Source: Sphaerodactylus townsendi
Lineage: Eukaryota
Assembly: GCF_021028975.2 (NCBI RefSeq)
Contig: NC_059437.1
Coordinates: 53,196,001 to 53,260,000 of the forward strand
DNA: 64,000 bases
Reading direction: 5' to 3'
A program made the translations under genes and the position numbers. Positions within the stretch are counted from its first letter, which is position 1, and each line of letters begins with the position of its first letter. This document shows positions 1 to 11,519 of this stretch, one piece after another. The notes beneath the pieces were generated by a model that saw only the letters and a list, made by a program, of their open reading frames with translations, was not told where the DNA came from and ran no database searches.

Positions 1-47
1 GAATGGTCAACTCTGAGTCAACTTGCAGATATAGCCTTATTATATAG

Positions 48-302
48 AAGAAGAAGAGTTTGGATTTATATCCTCCCTTTCTCTCCTGTAGGAGACTCAA
101 AGGGGCTTACAATCTCCTTGCCCTTCCTCCCTCACAAGAAACACCCTGTGAGGTAGGTGGGGCTGAGAGAGCTCCGAGAAGCTGTGACTAGCCCAAGGTC
201 ACCCAGCTGGCATGTGTGGAAGTGTACAGGCAGAGCGGAGAATCAAACCCGGTTCCTCCAGATTAGATACACAAGCTCTTAACCTCCTACGCCACTGCTG
301 CT
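48..302 (-). mobile_element. tRNA-derived SINE (Squam3-like)
   Basis: Reverse complement of the elements at 22419 and 59534; (TTC)n tail. Confidence 0.8.
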
Positions 303-1746
303 TAATATAGGAGCATATTAATCACTAATTCAGTTTAATCCTGCTTTTTAAGCCTGTCTATTGGAGGAGTGGATCGATTTTGTTTTTAAAAAGTGTGATT
401 TGATTTGCTACAAGTGAAACAAACAATACTGCATGGAATAACTGACAACCTCCCAGATATAGGAAACCTGTCATCTTATATGTAAGTTTGAAGTGAGACA
501 TGAATTGGTGCCAAATCTCAAGAGCTGTGAACGTGCAGTATTTGGAACTAGTGGCATAAGTTCTAGTGGCCTACTGAAGGGGCCCCCAGACAGTCCTGCG
601 GGCAAGTAAAAGATTCATATTATCTGAGTGCTCCCAAAAATGAAGCGTTACAGAAGTCTCGTTACTACTAAGGAGATTAGGAAACAATTCCCTTATCTAT
701 CTCTGTCAGGACTGGAAAAATATTTCACATTCGTACACACTTTTCAACATAAAGATGACAGTGTGGTCACACGTTCCCCCAGAGGAAGTCATAGCAGCAT
801 GCGCCCGCATTGTGTAGAAGTCCAGATTCCCTGGCAGCATGTTAAAAGCTTATTTAAGCGCCGCTTCCATTGAAACCATTATTATCTGCGCTGGGAAACA
901 TAAGCTGTTTGATAAAATAGCCTTTCTATTGCTCCAGACGCCTATTTGCGAGACTTGCCTTTTTGTAAAGTTGCAGCCGCCATTTTCTTTCCCGTTCCGG
1001 GAACTTTACAAAAAGGCAAGTCTTGCTAATAAGCGTCCGGAGCAATAGAAATTCTATTTTATCAAAGTGAAATATTTCCCAGTGCAGATTATAATGGTTT
1101 TGACAATTTTAAAAAGCTCCCAGAGAATCACAAAAGCAGGGGAAGGTAGACACTAGGATCTGGCAGATCATTCAACATAAGGAAGATACAGGAAGATGGG
1201 GTGGTTTAATTCATGCATCTTCTGTCACCTTTATGTTGAAAAGGGTATAGCTGATGGCATTTTTAAAAGTTGCTTGGGCTCCCAGGCACCTGGGAAATCA
1301 TTTCCTGGGCACCCGGGAAATCATTTCTGCTTTTGCTTTTCTAATTTCAGGTATATTTAATCATACCCAGTTCAGAGAAGGTAGCTGGCTGATTACTGGT
1401 ATACATTGTGGATTCTGCTGCATTCATGCTCAGAGACCAATTCTGAGCCCTTCACTGTCCAAACTCTGGTCAAGGCCCTGAGAATCATTTAATAACATTC
1501 ACCAGAGCGCTTTGGGATGCGTTTTTCTCAAAGAAGCCAAACCTCCCACCATGCTACCCGATAAAGCACTTTTGACATCCTGACGATTCAGGCTGGAAAC
1601 CCCCCCCCCCTTTTGAACCTTTAAATCATATATTCTGAGAGGAAATAATTGACTCCGGCTAAAATATCACACTTTGCCCTCAGTCTCAGAAGGTGTCAGG
1701 GGATCTTACATCAACCCATGTTGCCAGTGGGAGGGTGACGCTATTT

Positions 1747-2394
1747 CAGTGATGTAGGTATAGATTTTTTTATGGGGGGGTTGGGGGTGAGGCCATGCCC
1801 CCACCCACCCCTAGGGGTGTGGCCACGCCTCCCCAAGCCATGCCCATGGGCTCAGTGCTTGTAAAAAGCAGCTCTCCGAGGCAAGGGATGGCAGACTCCT
1901 GGGACCTGCCCCCGCCCCACCGGCTGGGCTCCCCAGCTGGCAGTCGGCAGTCCCTTCTCTCTCCCCTCTAGGCAGAGGGGTAGCTAGGGAAAATGGAGCC
2001 CAGTGCAAAATCTGAGGTTTGCACACCCCACCCCACCCCACTATGGCTTGGTGAAGTTTGTTTCAGGGGGTCCAAAGTTATGGACTCTCAAAAGTTATGG
2101 ACTCTCAAAGGCCCCATCTCCTATTAGCTCCCATTGGAAACAATGGGGCACCCCTTTGGGGGGGGTCCATAACTTTGGACCCCCTGAACGAAACTTCACC
2201 AAACTTGGCTGGTATCATCAGGAGTGTCACCTGACGATAGCCTGAAATTTTGGTGCCGTTAGCCTAAAAACTGCACCCCCTGCAGGCCAAAAACAAAAAA
2301 CCACTTTAAAATGCAAAAACCCACAAACGGGGCGGAGCTTCAGACATGCAATGGGGTTGGAACCCGAGGAAACCCCCCCTTACCTACGTCCCTG
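1747..2394. mobile_element. Non-autonomous hAT transposon
   Basis: TIRs CAGTGATGTAGGTA / TACCTACGTCCCTG; 8-bp TSD CGCTATTT/TGCTATTT. Confidence 0.75.
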
Positions 2395-2647
2395 TGCTAT
2401 TTATTGGATCCCTAAGACATTCCAAGCTGGGATTCTGGGGGTCCACTACCAAGAACTTTCCAGTGACCAGACCAATCCCTGTGCGGATTGCAAGAGCTGC
2501 TTTAAGCTAAGCCATTGGCAAGCCCTTTTGTTTTCACCTTGCCAGAGTTTGGTCATTCTGAGATCTCGCTGTAAAGCTTTCTGATTCTTCTGTCTCTGAC
2601 ATTGCTGAGGTTTAACCTCTTTTCCCCCCTCTTCCCCCTTTTGGAAG

Positions 2648-2792
2648 GTTTAGCTTCTTTTCCCGGGATAAGAAACGGATGCAAACCACGCAGAGGAACG
2701 CCCCCTTCCAGAATTCCTTTGGCGAATGGGCTGACTTGAACAAAGATGGGGTTTACACGGAACAAGGCCTAGAAGCTTTGCAGCACCTGTGA
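2648..2792 (+). CDS. RILPL1: RILPL1 last coding exon
   Basis: Pyrimidine tract and AG at 2646-2647, then (L)FSFFSRDKKRMQTTQRNAPFQNSFGEWADLNKDGVYTEQGLEALQHL-TGA. Matches the vertebrate RILPL1 C-terminus and the expected synteny. Missed by the ORF track. Confidence 0.93.
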
Positions 2793-4007
2793 CCGGAACA
2801 AGAGGATGGTTTAGTCGCTTTGCTAACCAACGTGGAGAAACTCGCCTAATAGACCATGACCCCTGGATATTCCCCCTCCCCACCACAATTCCCTTGCCGT
2901 ACACTTTGTGGTTGGCATTAAGAGCTTATTTCCAGACCAGTTTCCCAAAAGGGATCCCTTAACTGTTTACTTTTGGCCGCCAAAAGCAAGATTCAAGCAT
3001 CCGTAACGATGGCTTTTGTATACTCTGGTGTAGCCACGCTTCTAAATCACTGGCTGTGTGTTAATTTAACAAGCCTGTGGATTTTCCTTCCTGGGTTTTG
3101 CTTTGTATTTTTACTCACTGCATTAACTGCACTTAACATTTCCTTAAACCAAAAAAAAAAGGATCTGTGCTGTTACTAAGAAGTTGCACGGGTAGTCCCG
3201 GGAAAGACTCTCTTTGCTTGATGGAAGAAGCAGGCGCTGGAGATTTCAGTTCATATTTTTTTCTTCTGCTGCTAAACACCGTTTTGGAGACTCCGCATTC
3301 GTTAGTCTTCTCCGTCACAGGAGAAGCTTGCAAACTGGGCTATTTCCTCCTTCGCTCCCCCCCTTCCTCGCCCACCACTCTCCTCCAGTGGCACCTTCCT
3401 TTTGCTGAAGGGATCCATTTCGGAAAGATGGCCGACACAAATCCTGGAACTGGATCCAGACTGGCTCGGAACTGTGAATTCTGGATTGTTATTTCTAGTG
3501 CCTGAAGCATGATCACGTACAAGGTTGCGAGGGTGCCTTGCAGTTGCGCTATGAATGTTCTGACTTATTAATGGAAACTGAACTGTAGAAAGTCATGCTA
3601 ACCTTTTAAAAAAAGTTATCCTCATACCCAGGTTGCCCCTCTCTTTTCATTGCCCTCTTCTGCAAAGAGTGCTTTTTCCCCCACAGGGGCCTTGGAAACA
3701 ATGTCCACCAGCTTTTTAACCACTTCCCTCCAGATGTAGGATCAAGATCCAAAGAGCTGTGGTAGGCACGCCTGTTTGTTATTGAGAATCCTAGCATGCA
3801 TTTGCATTTATTTATTTATATCGCACTTTTTCCTCCATCACCCGGGACTCAAACCAGCTTGGAATATTCTTTTTCCCTCCTCCATGCTCTTACAACAACC
3901 CTGTGAGGTAGACCGGGCTGAGAGTTTGTGATAGAAATTAGGGTTTGAGCCTGCGTCACCCAAGTCCTAGTCCACCCCTCTACCTACTCCAGCATGAGGT
4001 CATAGAG

Positions 4008-4521
4008 CAGTGTTGGCGAACCTATGGCACGGGTGCCAGAGGGGGCACTCAGAGCCCTCTCTGTGGGCATGTGCAGAGTTCCCCCCCCACACACACACAT
4101 CTAGGCTGGCCTGGGCCTCTGGGCTCAATTATTAGCATTAAACCTAAGACCTAGTTTTGGGGAAGCAGTGTAGGTAACCCTGTTAAGCGCTGTTAAACCC
4201 CACTGATTTTCATGCGAAGAACTAAAGCGTGTTCCTTTACCTGGGAGTAAGCTCAGTTGCTGGCAATGGGGCTTGCTTCTGTGCAAACCCTCCTAGGGTC
4301 GTGATTCACTCGTTGGAAGAGTTGCACGGTTGCCTCAAAGCAAAGCCACCAACTACCACCAAGCTTACTCCCGAGTAACGCACACCTCGGAGCCAACAGT
4401 TTTTTTCCTAAACGAAAGCCTCAGCATTCAGGTTAAATGGCCGTGTTGGCACTTTGCGATAAATAAGTGGGTTTTGGGTTGCAGTTTGGGCACTCGGTCT
4501 CGAAAAGGTTCGCCACCACTG
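4008..4521 (+). mobile_element. Non-autonomous hAT (Buster/Charlie-type)
   Basis: TIR CAGTG(T/A)TGGCGAACCT; perfect TSD TCATAGAG. Confidence 0.9.
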
Positions 4522-4921
4522 TCATAGAGGCTGGGGACTTGCTACTGGGTCTTTGTCTACTTAGATCAGACTGCCCTGGCGCAATCTCTTCTGAGATTTT
4601 TTTTTTAAAAAACCACTGCTTTGGCATTGTGTCAGCCAAGTTTCCTTTCTTGCCAATTTCTCACGCGGAGCAGGCAAAGGGAAGGAAGCTGGCGTGGCAG
4701 CCGTGGCTGAGCATGTGATAATTCAGTTCACATCTCTTTGCAGCCGTGAATTTGGACCATCGCCTTTCAGTGACGCATTCCCCTCTCGGGCCTGGATCAC
4801 ACGTACAGGAGAATGACGTGAAAGAATGGATAGTAATAGATTCCATCTTTGAATATTCCTTTGTAACCGATTTGAAGTTCCATAGAATAATTGCTTCCAG
4901 ATGTTGATTCGAAAGTTCCTC

Positions 4922-5005
4922 ATCATCCCCTGCCAGCATGATGCTGGCAGGGGATGATGGGAACTGTAGTCCATAACATCTGGAGGGCCGCGAGTTTGAC
5001 ACCTG
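4922..5005. mobile_element. Palindromic hAT MITE (ACTACAATTCCCA core), partial
   Basis: Right arm and centre of the family seen at 7188, 20132, 24169, 24928, 55432 and 57182. Confidence 0.75.
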
Positions 5006-5514
5006 TGATCTAAACAAACATGCAAATAGAAGATTAGCACAAGCAGGGAAGCAGGCTCTGTTTGTTTTCTTTGCTGGATCTGCTGGTTTTTCATTTGCAG
5101 GGAGTTGTTTTTTTTTAATATAGGAGGGGATTAAAAAACGTGATCCTCGATCTGCTGCCTGAAGTAGGGTACAATTGAGTAGTACCGCCTTGGGCCTCGG
5201 CCACCTCATTTCTCCGCAAATGGAATCAGGTTTGATCTCTAATCTGCAATATGTTGGGAGGGAATGCTATATTGTGAACCTTTTAGAGATTTGTTGTAAA
5301 GGGTTATGAATATGCGCCAAGCACTTTTTAAGACTTTGAAACAACGCTACACGAATGATTGTTCTGTATGTGGACTGCGCGCTGATAACACACGAGCGGT
5401 TTTGTGGGGCTACTTTCTTTTTTTTTAAGTTTGTGAACCCTCTCTACATTGCAACGGCTTGTTTGTAAAACACATTTAAGTCCCTGTGATTCCTGAGTTC
5501 TTGACAAAAACCTA

Positions 5515-5654
5515 GGCTGATTCCGCATGGGCCAAAAACAGCAGTGTGAAAACGGTGTGAAAACAGTATAAATCCTCTTACACCATTTTAAACCCTTTTA
5601 CACCATTTTCACACCGTTTTCACACTGCTGTTTTTGGCCCATGCGGAATCAGCC
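5515..5654. mobile_element. PIF/Harbinger-like palindromic MITE
   Basis: TIR GGCTGATTCCGCATGGGCCAAAAACAGCAGTGTGAAAACGGTGTGAAAA; 3-bp TSD CTA. Confidence 0.8.
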
Positions 5655-5749
5655 CTAGTTTATTAATGGGTGATAGGTATCTCAGTGGCTCCTAGCCATG
5701 GTGACTAAAGGGAACTTCCATATTGGAGGCAGTCAGCCTCTGAAACAGA

Positions 5750-5890
5750 GGCCCCTTCCGCACACACAAAATAATGCGTTTTCAAACCGCTTTCACAACT
5801 GTTTGCAAGTAGATTTTGCCATTCCGCACAGCTTCAAAGAGCACTGGAAGCCGTTTGAAAGTGCATTATTCTGCATGTGCGGAACGAGCC
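5750..5890. mobile_element. PIF/Harbinger-like MITE nested in a CR1 3' UTR
   Basis: TIR GGCCCCTTCCGCAC; TSD AGA; interrupts a CR1 fragment at about 5665-6003. Confidence 0.72.
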
Positions 5891-6010
5891 AGAGTGTCAG
5901 GAGGCAACATCGGGAGATGTTTTTTGGACCTCTGGAGGAACTGGTTGGCCACTGTGTGAGACAGGATGCGGACCCTCTGGTCAGATCCAGCAGGGCTCGT
6001 CTTGGTGATT

Positions 6011-6131
6011 TGTTGAAGGTTTTCACAGCCAGAATCAACTGGCTGTTGTGGGTTTTCCGGCTGTGTGGCTGTGGTCTGGTAGTTTTTGCTCGTAACGTTT
6101 CACCCGCATCTATGGCTGGCATCTTCAGAGG
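6011..6131 (-). mobile_element. Penelope-like element pLTR fragment (divergent subfamily)
   Basis: Minus strand CCTCTGAAGATGCCAGCCATAGATGCGGGTGAAACGTTA plus the shared 3' tail. Confidence 0.7.
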
Positions 6132-7187
6132 CATGTTATGGTAAGATGTGTTTCTCAGCGGCTTTAGACTGGAGCAGCTCTGCTTAGGATTGTGGTGTAA
6201 AGCTTGATCAGGGCAAACCGGTCTTTTCACCCCATCTCCTGTGAAGCACTGTCTCTCATCTCCCATCAGCCACTCACAACCACTGGATATTGTTCTTTCA
6301 ACTCTAGGTTGCACCTGAGGGCTTTTGCCATCCATATTAGTACAAGGTTTCATACTATTTGCCATTTCTGATCCTTAAGAGATTGTGGGGAAATAGATGG
6401 AGCTGTGCAAAATTTATACCTGCTGCAGTTTTCTTCTGTCTCATGCTATGAGCAATTTTTTTTTTGCTGAATTCTTGGATATCTCAATACATGCATGTGG
6501 GATGTTGTTGCATAGCTCAGTGAGAGCAAAGAATAGCCCTGTTCACACATTACAGTGAACGCGTGTGCATCCTGACTGTAGGCACATCGATCTGTGCATT
6601 AATTCTGCAAATGGGACCAACGCCTGGGTAAATGTGCAGTTTCAATCACACATTCAGTTATACAAGCATTGAATGTAACATAGGAATTACTCAATGCATG
6701 TATTTAAAAAACAAGAACTCAGTGTGCATGGGTTGTATCTGCGTCCATTGTAATATATGAACAGGTTGTCATTGCGAGAGCTGTGTGTGGATGTTTGGGC
6801 ACAGGGTGAAAGAAATTGCTGACTGGATCTCACCAACCTTCAATTGCTAATGAAATTCAGGTTCCACTGATCTCTATTAAAATAAAATATTTTCCTCTGG
6901 ACTAATATACATATCAGATAAAAATGTGCAAATTCTTTCTTGGTGTAGTGGGCAAACAGCTAAGCAAAAAACTCTCATCTTCCAGAAGTTCTGCTCATCG
7001 CTCTTCTGCAAAGGAAATCTTCACCGTCATGTTTACTTCCATGAGGACTAGAAAACCGCCCCCACCCCCTTAATGGTTTGCTGAGATTCTCAGGAAGCTC
7101 AATTCCCATTTGGTCAGTTGCACAGACTGGGGATCCCCAACGTTTTCAAACCTGTGAGAATCTGTGGAGTTCTGACACAGGTTGGAG

Positions 7188-7334
7188 CAGGGGAGTCCAA
7201 CTCTGGTGCTTCAGATGTTCATGGACTACAATTCCCATTAGCCCCCTGCTGGCATGGCCGATTGCCCATGCCAGCAGGGGCTGATGGGAATTGTAGTCCA
7301 TGAACATCCAAAGCACCAGAATTGGACACCTCTG
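7188..7334. mobile_element. Palindromic hAT MITE
   Basis: Full inverted repeat; TSD GGTTGGAG. Confidence 0.88.
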
Positions 7335-7548
7335 GGTTGGAGTATATAACCACAGAATAGCTACTGTACAAGGTAAAGCCATACACTCATAGGAAGTCCA
7401 AAGGCCAGGAGGAGAGGGGTAAGTTTAAAAATACATTAGGAAAGAAGAGCGACAGAGAATAACAACAACACTCTGGTAGCTGCTGCTGCTGCAATTTAAT
7501 TTTAATCTGCACAGCCAATCAAATCTTCCGTGGCCTCACTCACTTTCT

Positions 7549-7853
7549 GAGAGCCAGTGTGATGTAGTGGTTAAGAGCAGGTGAACTCTAATCTGGAGAA
7601 TCGGGTTTGATTCCTCATTCCTCCACTTGAGTGGTGGACTCTTACCTGGTGAACTGGATTTGTTTCCCTGCTCCTCCACATGAAACCTGTTGGGTGACCA
7701 TGGGCTAGTCAGAGTTCTCATAGAACTCTCAGCCCAATCTACCTCACAAGGTGTCTGTTGTGGGGAGGGGAAGGGAAAGGAGTTTGTAAGCTGCCTTGAG
7801 TCTCCATACAGGAGAGAAATGGGGGAGTGGTATGAATCCAAATTCTACTTCTT
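7549..7853 (+). mobile_element. tRNA-derived SINE (Squam3-like)
   Basis: A/B-box head (TGTAGTGGTTAAGAGC, GGTTTGATTCC), shared body, CTT tail. Confidence 0.8.
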
Positions 7854-7958
7854 CTATACTTGGCAGGTACCAGGTAAGGTATTGGTGGGCACCAAGTTGG
7901 GGACTCCTGGCATAGAGTAACAGGCTGCACTGAGGATATTCACAAGCTGTTGTATTTT

Positions 7959-8254
7959 GGGGGGTGCTGTGTGGTTTCCGGGCATTTTGGGGGTGCTGTG
8001 TGGTTTGCGGGCTGTATGGCCGTGTTCTAGCAGCATTCTCTCCTGACGTTTCGCCTGCATCTGTGGCTGGTATCTATCAGATCCTCCACTTATATACTCT
8101 ACTTGCTTTCCATTCCTACCATCAGATTCTCTGAAGATGCCAGCCACAGATGCAGGTGAAACGTCAGGAGAGAATGCTGCTAGAACACGGCCATACAGCC
8201 CGCAAACCACACAGCACCCCAGTGATTCCGGCCGTGAAAGCCTTCGACAATACA
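7959..8254. mobile_element. Penelope-like element, inverted pLTRs with hammerhead motif
   Basis: Inverted arms, about 34-nt unpaired tail, TSD TGTTGTATTTT. Confidence 0.85.
8127..8169 (+). ncRNA. Minimal type I hammerhead ribozyme motif
   Basis: TTCT-CTGAAGA-T-GCC..GGT-GAAA-CGTC-AGGA (two G-U wobbles). Confidence 0.62.
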
Positions 8255-10203
8255 TGTTGTATTTTTCCTGAACGTTTTGGCCAAAGTTGAGTCCCATCTC
8301 AAAACAAAAATTATGCAGAACCCATCCCCAGTCCCTCTATGGGAGTTAAGGCTCTAACCAATTTCTCTAAACAGCTAACATGTAACCAGCTATTGTATAA
8401 TTGGAATGAATCTCTCAACACAATTGCCTGGAGAGGTCTAACATACCGGAAAGGGAATTAACACAATTGTGAGATATGCAAAGCAGGGAATGTGTTTAAA
8501 GATTCAGGATACGGTTAGGTTTAAAAGGCAATAAATGGGGTTTGTTTGCAGAGTGGGTGGGAAGAGGGCGGGGTCAACTGTAGATCTTGTAATAATCAAA
8601 ATAAACTATTTCTGAATTAAATGACGAGTCTTCGGTGCTATTTTTGAATCAAATGAGGCGTCTTCAATGGTACTTAGACACTGTGATTATATATGTGCTA
8701 CCAATGAACTGGTAGCTTAATTTAAAACATGTGAAATTTAGGCCCTGGTTCATCTCCTTGATATTATGGCCCATTTTCAAAGGCACCAGAGACTAAAAAT
8801 CTTTTTCCTGTTTACAGCACTTCCTAAACCTTGACCCTCTGTAAGATTCCCCATCCATTTCTTCATAGTTCCTCCTTTTTTCAGCCTAACTAAACATATA
8901 CTCTTTCCATGAAGACTACCTCTGAACACCCTGCCTATTTTATTTCTATTCTGTTAACCACTTTGTGCATCTGCCCCCCCCTTTATTTTACATCTGCCCC
9001 AGATCGTTTGCCTTGCCTTTCCCATACAGAATCTGAACCCTTTATTAACATTCTGTTGCTGAGGGCTTTCTCCTGAGATGTTCGGATGTTTGTGAATCTT
9101 TTAAGGCATGCCTTAAACAGCTTGGAATGTATGTGCAAGCGCACAGGCTCCAAGCAATGGCGCGTGCAGTGTGGCTGAGCAAGGCGAGAAAACATTCTGC
9201 CCACAGTGTCCAATATCACCATGATAGAAGAGCTACATGCATAGTTGGCTGCTAACAGGAATTCTTGAAAAGACTTCAAACGAGACTGAAAACTTTAAAA
9301 TACATTCCTAGCTTGGGCATGCTCTGATCTAGTTTAAAATTAAGATTCCTGTCTCATGCACTTGGAGGTGAAGTTACTACAGATCAACCCTATGCTACTA
9401 TCCCTTTAACGAATTGTCTCCCTTTGTATTTGGGGGGGGGGGGGACTTACTAGCTACAAACTCATTTTTCAGCAATTTATGTTAAACAGTAACTTTGCAA
9501 CATACAGCCTTTGTTCATAAAGCATACATAAGCCTTGTCCTGTAAGAAAAAAAACTGATTTTTTTTACACAGACATTCACCCTCATTCAATTTTACAAGA
9601 ACCAGGATGAGTTCTAGGAGATGCGCCATCACAGAAACAGCGTGATGGGCCCATTATTGTTACAGCTATTGCCCGCACATACAAGATGGTCACACAACTC
9701 ATTTAAACCTTAGCTGAAGGCCAGTGACATGTTTAAAACAACAGGCAAGTTTGACACAGCTGAAGTTCTTGCAACACATTGCCATGTTGTGAACATGGAC
9801 CAAACCAGGATGAAAGGTGGAATCTTCCCACGGGAGAGAAAACCAGCCACTATAAGAAAAATATGGACAGTTTTGTGCTTTTCTGAAACAAAAACTTCAC
9901 CTTTCTTGCAGTGCCTCAAGATTGCCTGAAAACTCAAGATTGCCTGAAAAGTAAAAGCACTAGGAAGAGCCAACAGGGACTAGAAACTGAAGCAGGCCTA
10001 CAGTACCTCTTGGGCCTTGCTGCTACCAGTGGAACTGCCCTTTAGGATAACTTTTCATTACTTGGCCCAATCCTAAATCAAAATGGTCCCAGAGTCCATG
10101 TGGCTTCACTATGAACATCCTGGGTTCAATTGTGCAGGAACTGGGGTCTGTGCTTTCCCATCAAGACCTGCAGTCAAACAGCATAAGAACAGGAGTTAAT
10201 CTG

Positions 10204-10965
10204 TCAGTGTTGGTCTTCATCCCTTGGCTTTCTAGAACTGTAGTCTCTGCTTCGGTCTTTCCTCTCTCTGTCCCTTCCCTCTTTCCCAGAACTTCTTTCC
10301 TCTCTGGAATGCCGCTCCCGGTCCCTCCTGCTTTCGCTCCGGTCCATTTCAGGCCACCTCTGTTCTCGGCTCCTCTCATGAGCTCGATCCCTGGTTTTCC
10401 AATCTCTGGACCAGCCCCTCTCCCTTTTCTCTTCTCCGTAAAAATTACTTTTCATAGCAGGCAAGTTGATGGGCTTCCGGAAAGGTCTGTCCCTCCCTCC
10501 AAACCGCAGCTGCCCAGACTCCTTTTTGCCCCCAAAGCCACCCCCAAGTCGCCTCGGGATCCATCCTTTCAGGGTTCTTTCCAGCTCAAAGTCTACAAAT
10601 ATCTCATGCTGGTCAATTATCAGTTTATTGGCATCTCTGTGAGCTTTCAATAGTGCCCGTTCATCTTTGTACTCAATGAATGCATAGCCCTTCGAAAAAC
10701 CCGTGACCAAGTCCCTCACTAGGCGCATCCTCCGGATGTCTCCGTAACGGGAAAAGATTTCCTTCAATTTATCCTCAGTGGTTTGCAGACTAAGTCTTGC
10801 CACAAAAAGTGTGAGATGCGGATCTCCTACAACAGCTCGGTTGGGAACATAACGGGCTGTCATAGCCCTCCAAATGGCTCGGTCATGTGGTTCTTCATCT
10901 GTTCCATCAATGCTTCCTGCTTTGAGTGGATCATATTCTTTTGCAATGGGCGCCCACTCATTCAT
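10204..10965 (-). CDS. SNRNP35: U11/U12 snRNP 35 kDa protein, single coding exon
   Basis: 253-aa ORF starting MNEWAPIAKEYDPLKAGSIDGTD, with an RRM (LFVARL, KGYAFIEY), GWIPRRLGGG and an Arg/Glu/Asp-rich tail. Acceptor AG at 10970-10969 just upstream of the ATG. Confidence 0.97.
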   Translation of the reverse strand: MNEWAPIAKEYDPLKAGSIDGTDEEPHDRAIWRAMTARYVPNRAVVGDPHLTLFVARLSLQTTEDKLKEIFSRYGDIRRMRLVRDLVTGFSKGYAFIEYKDERALLKAHRDANKLIIDQHEIFVDFELERTLKGWIPRRLGGGFGGKKESGQLRFGGRDRPFRKPINLPAMKSNFYGEEKRERGWSRDWKTRDRAHERSREQRWPEMDRSESRRDRERHSREERSSGKEGRDRERKDRSRDYSSRKPRDEDQH

Positions 10966-11029
10966 TGTCTGGAGAAAAGAGCACCAAAGGTACAGATTAA
11001 CGTCTCTCTCATTTCTAGAAATTCTATTC

Positions 11030-11519
11030 CAGTGATGGCGAACCTTTTCGAGACCGAGTGCCCAAACTGCAACCCAAAACCCACTTATTTATCGCAAAGT
11101 GCCAACATGGCAATTTAACTTGAATACTGAGGTTTTAGTATAGAAAAAACGGTTGGCTCCAAGGCACGCATTACTCAGGAGTAAGCTTGGTGGTAGTCGG
11201 TGGCAACTGTGCACCGCTTCGAACGGGTGAATCACAACCCTAGGAGGGTTGACTCAGAAGCAAGCCCTGTTGCCAGCAACCGAGCTTACTCCCGGGTAAA
11301 GGATCACGCTTTAGTTCTTTCCATGAATATCAGTAGGGTTTAACAGCACTTAACAGGGTTACCTACACTGCTTCCCCAAAACTAGATCTTAGGTTTAGTG
11401 CTAATAATCTCCCTGAAATAATTGCACTATTATCACATAACGAACTCTGTGCATGCGTGCCCACAGAGAGGGCTCTGAGTGCCACCTCTGGCACCCGTGC
11501 CATAGGTTCGCCACCACTG
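11030..11519 (-). mobile_element. Non-autonomous hAT, same family
   Basis: TSD TTCTATTC. Confidence 0.9.

Noticed and set aside
7549-7625. tRNA-like A/B boxes, and the 5S-like segments at 36986 and 51285
   Set aside because: These are SINE heads, not intact tRNA or 5S rRNA genes.
8340-8666. Possible solo LTR (AATAAA followed by a U5-like end in CA)
   Set aside because: No convincing TG start with matching TSD and no second copy in the window.
10111-10653. 180-aa ORF antisense to SNRNP35
   Set aside because: Shadow of the purine-rich coding strand.
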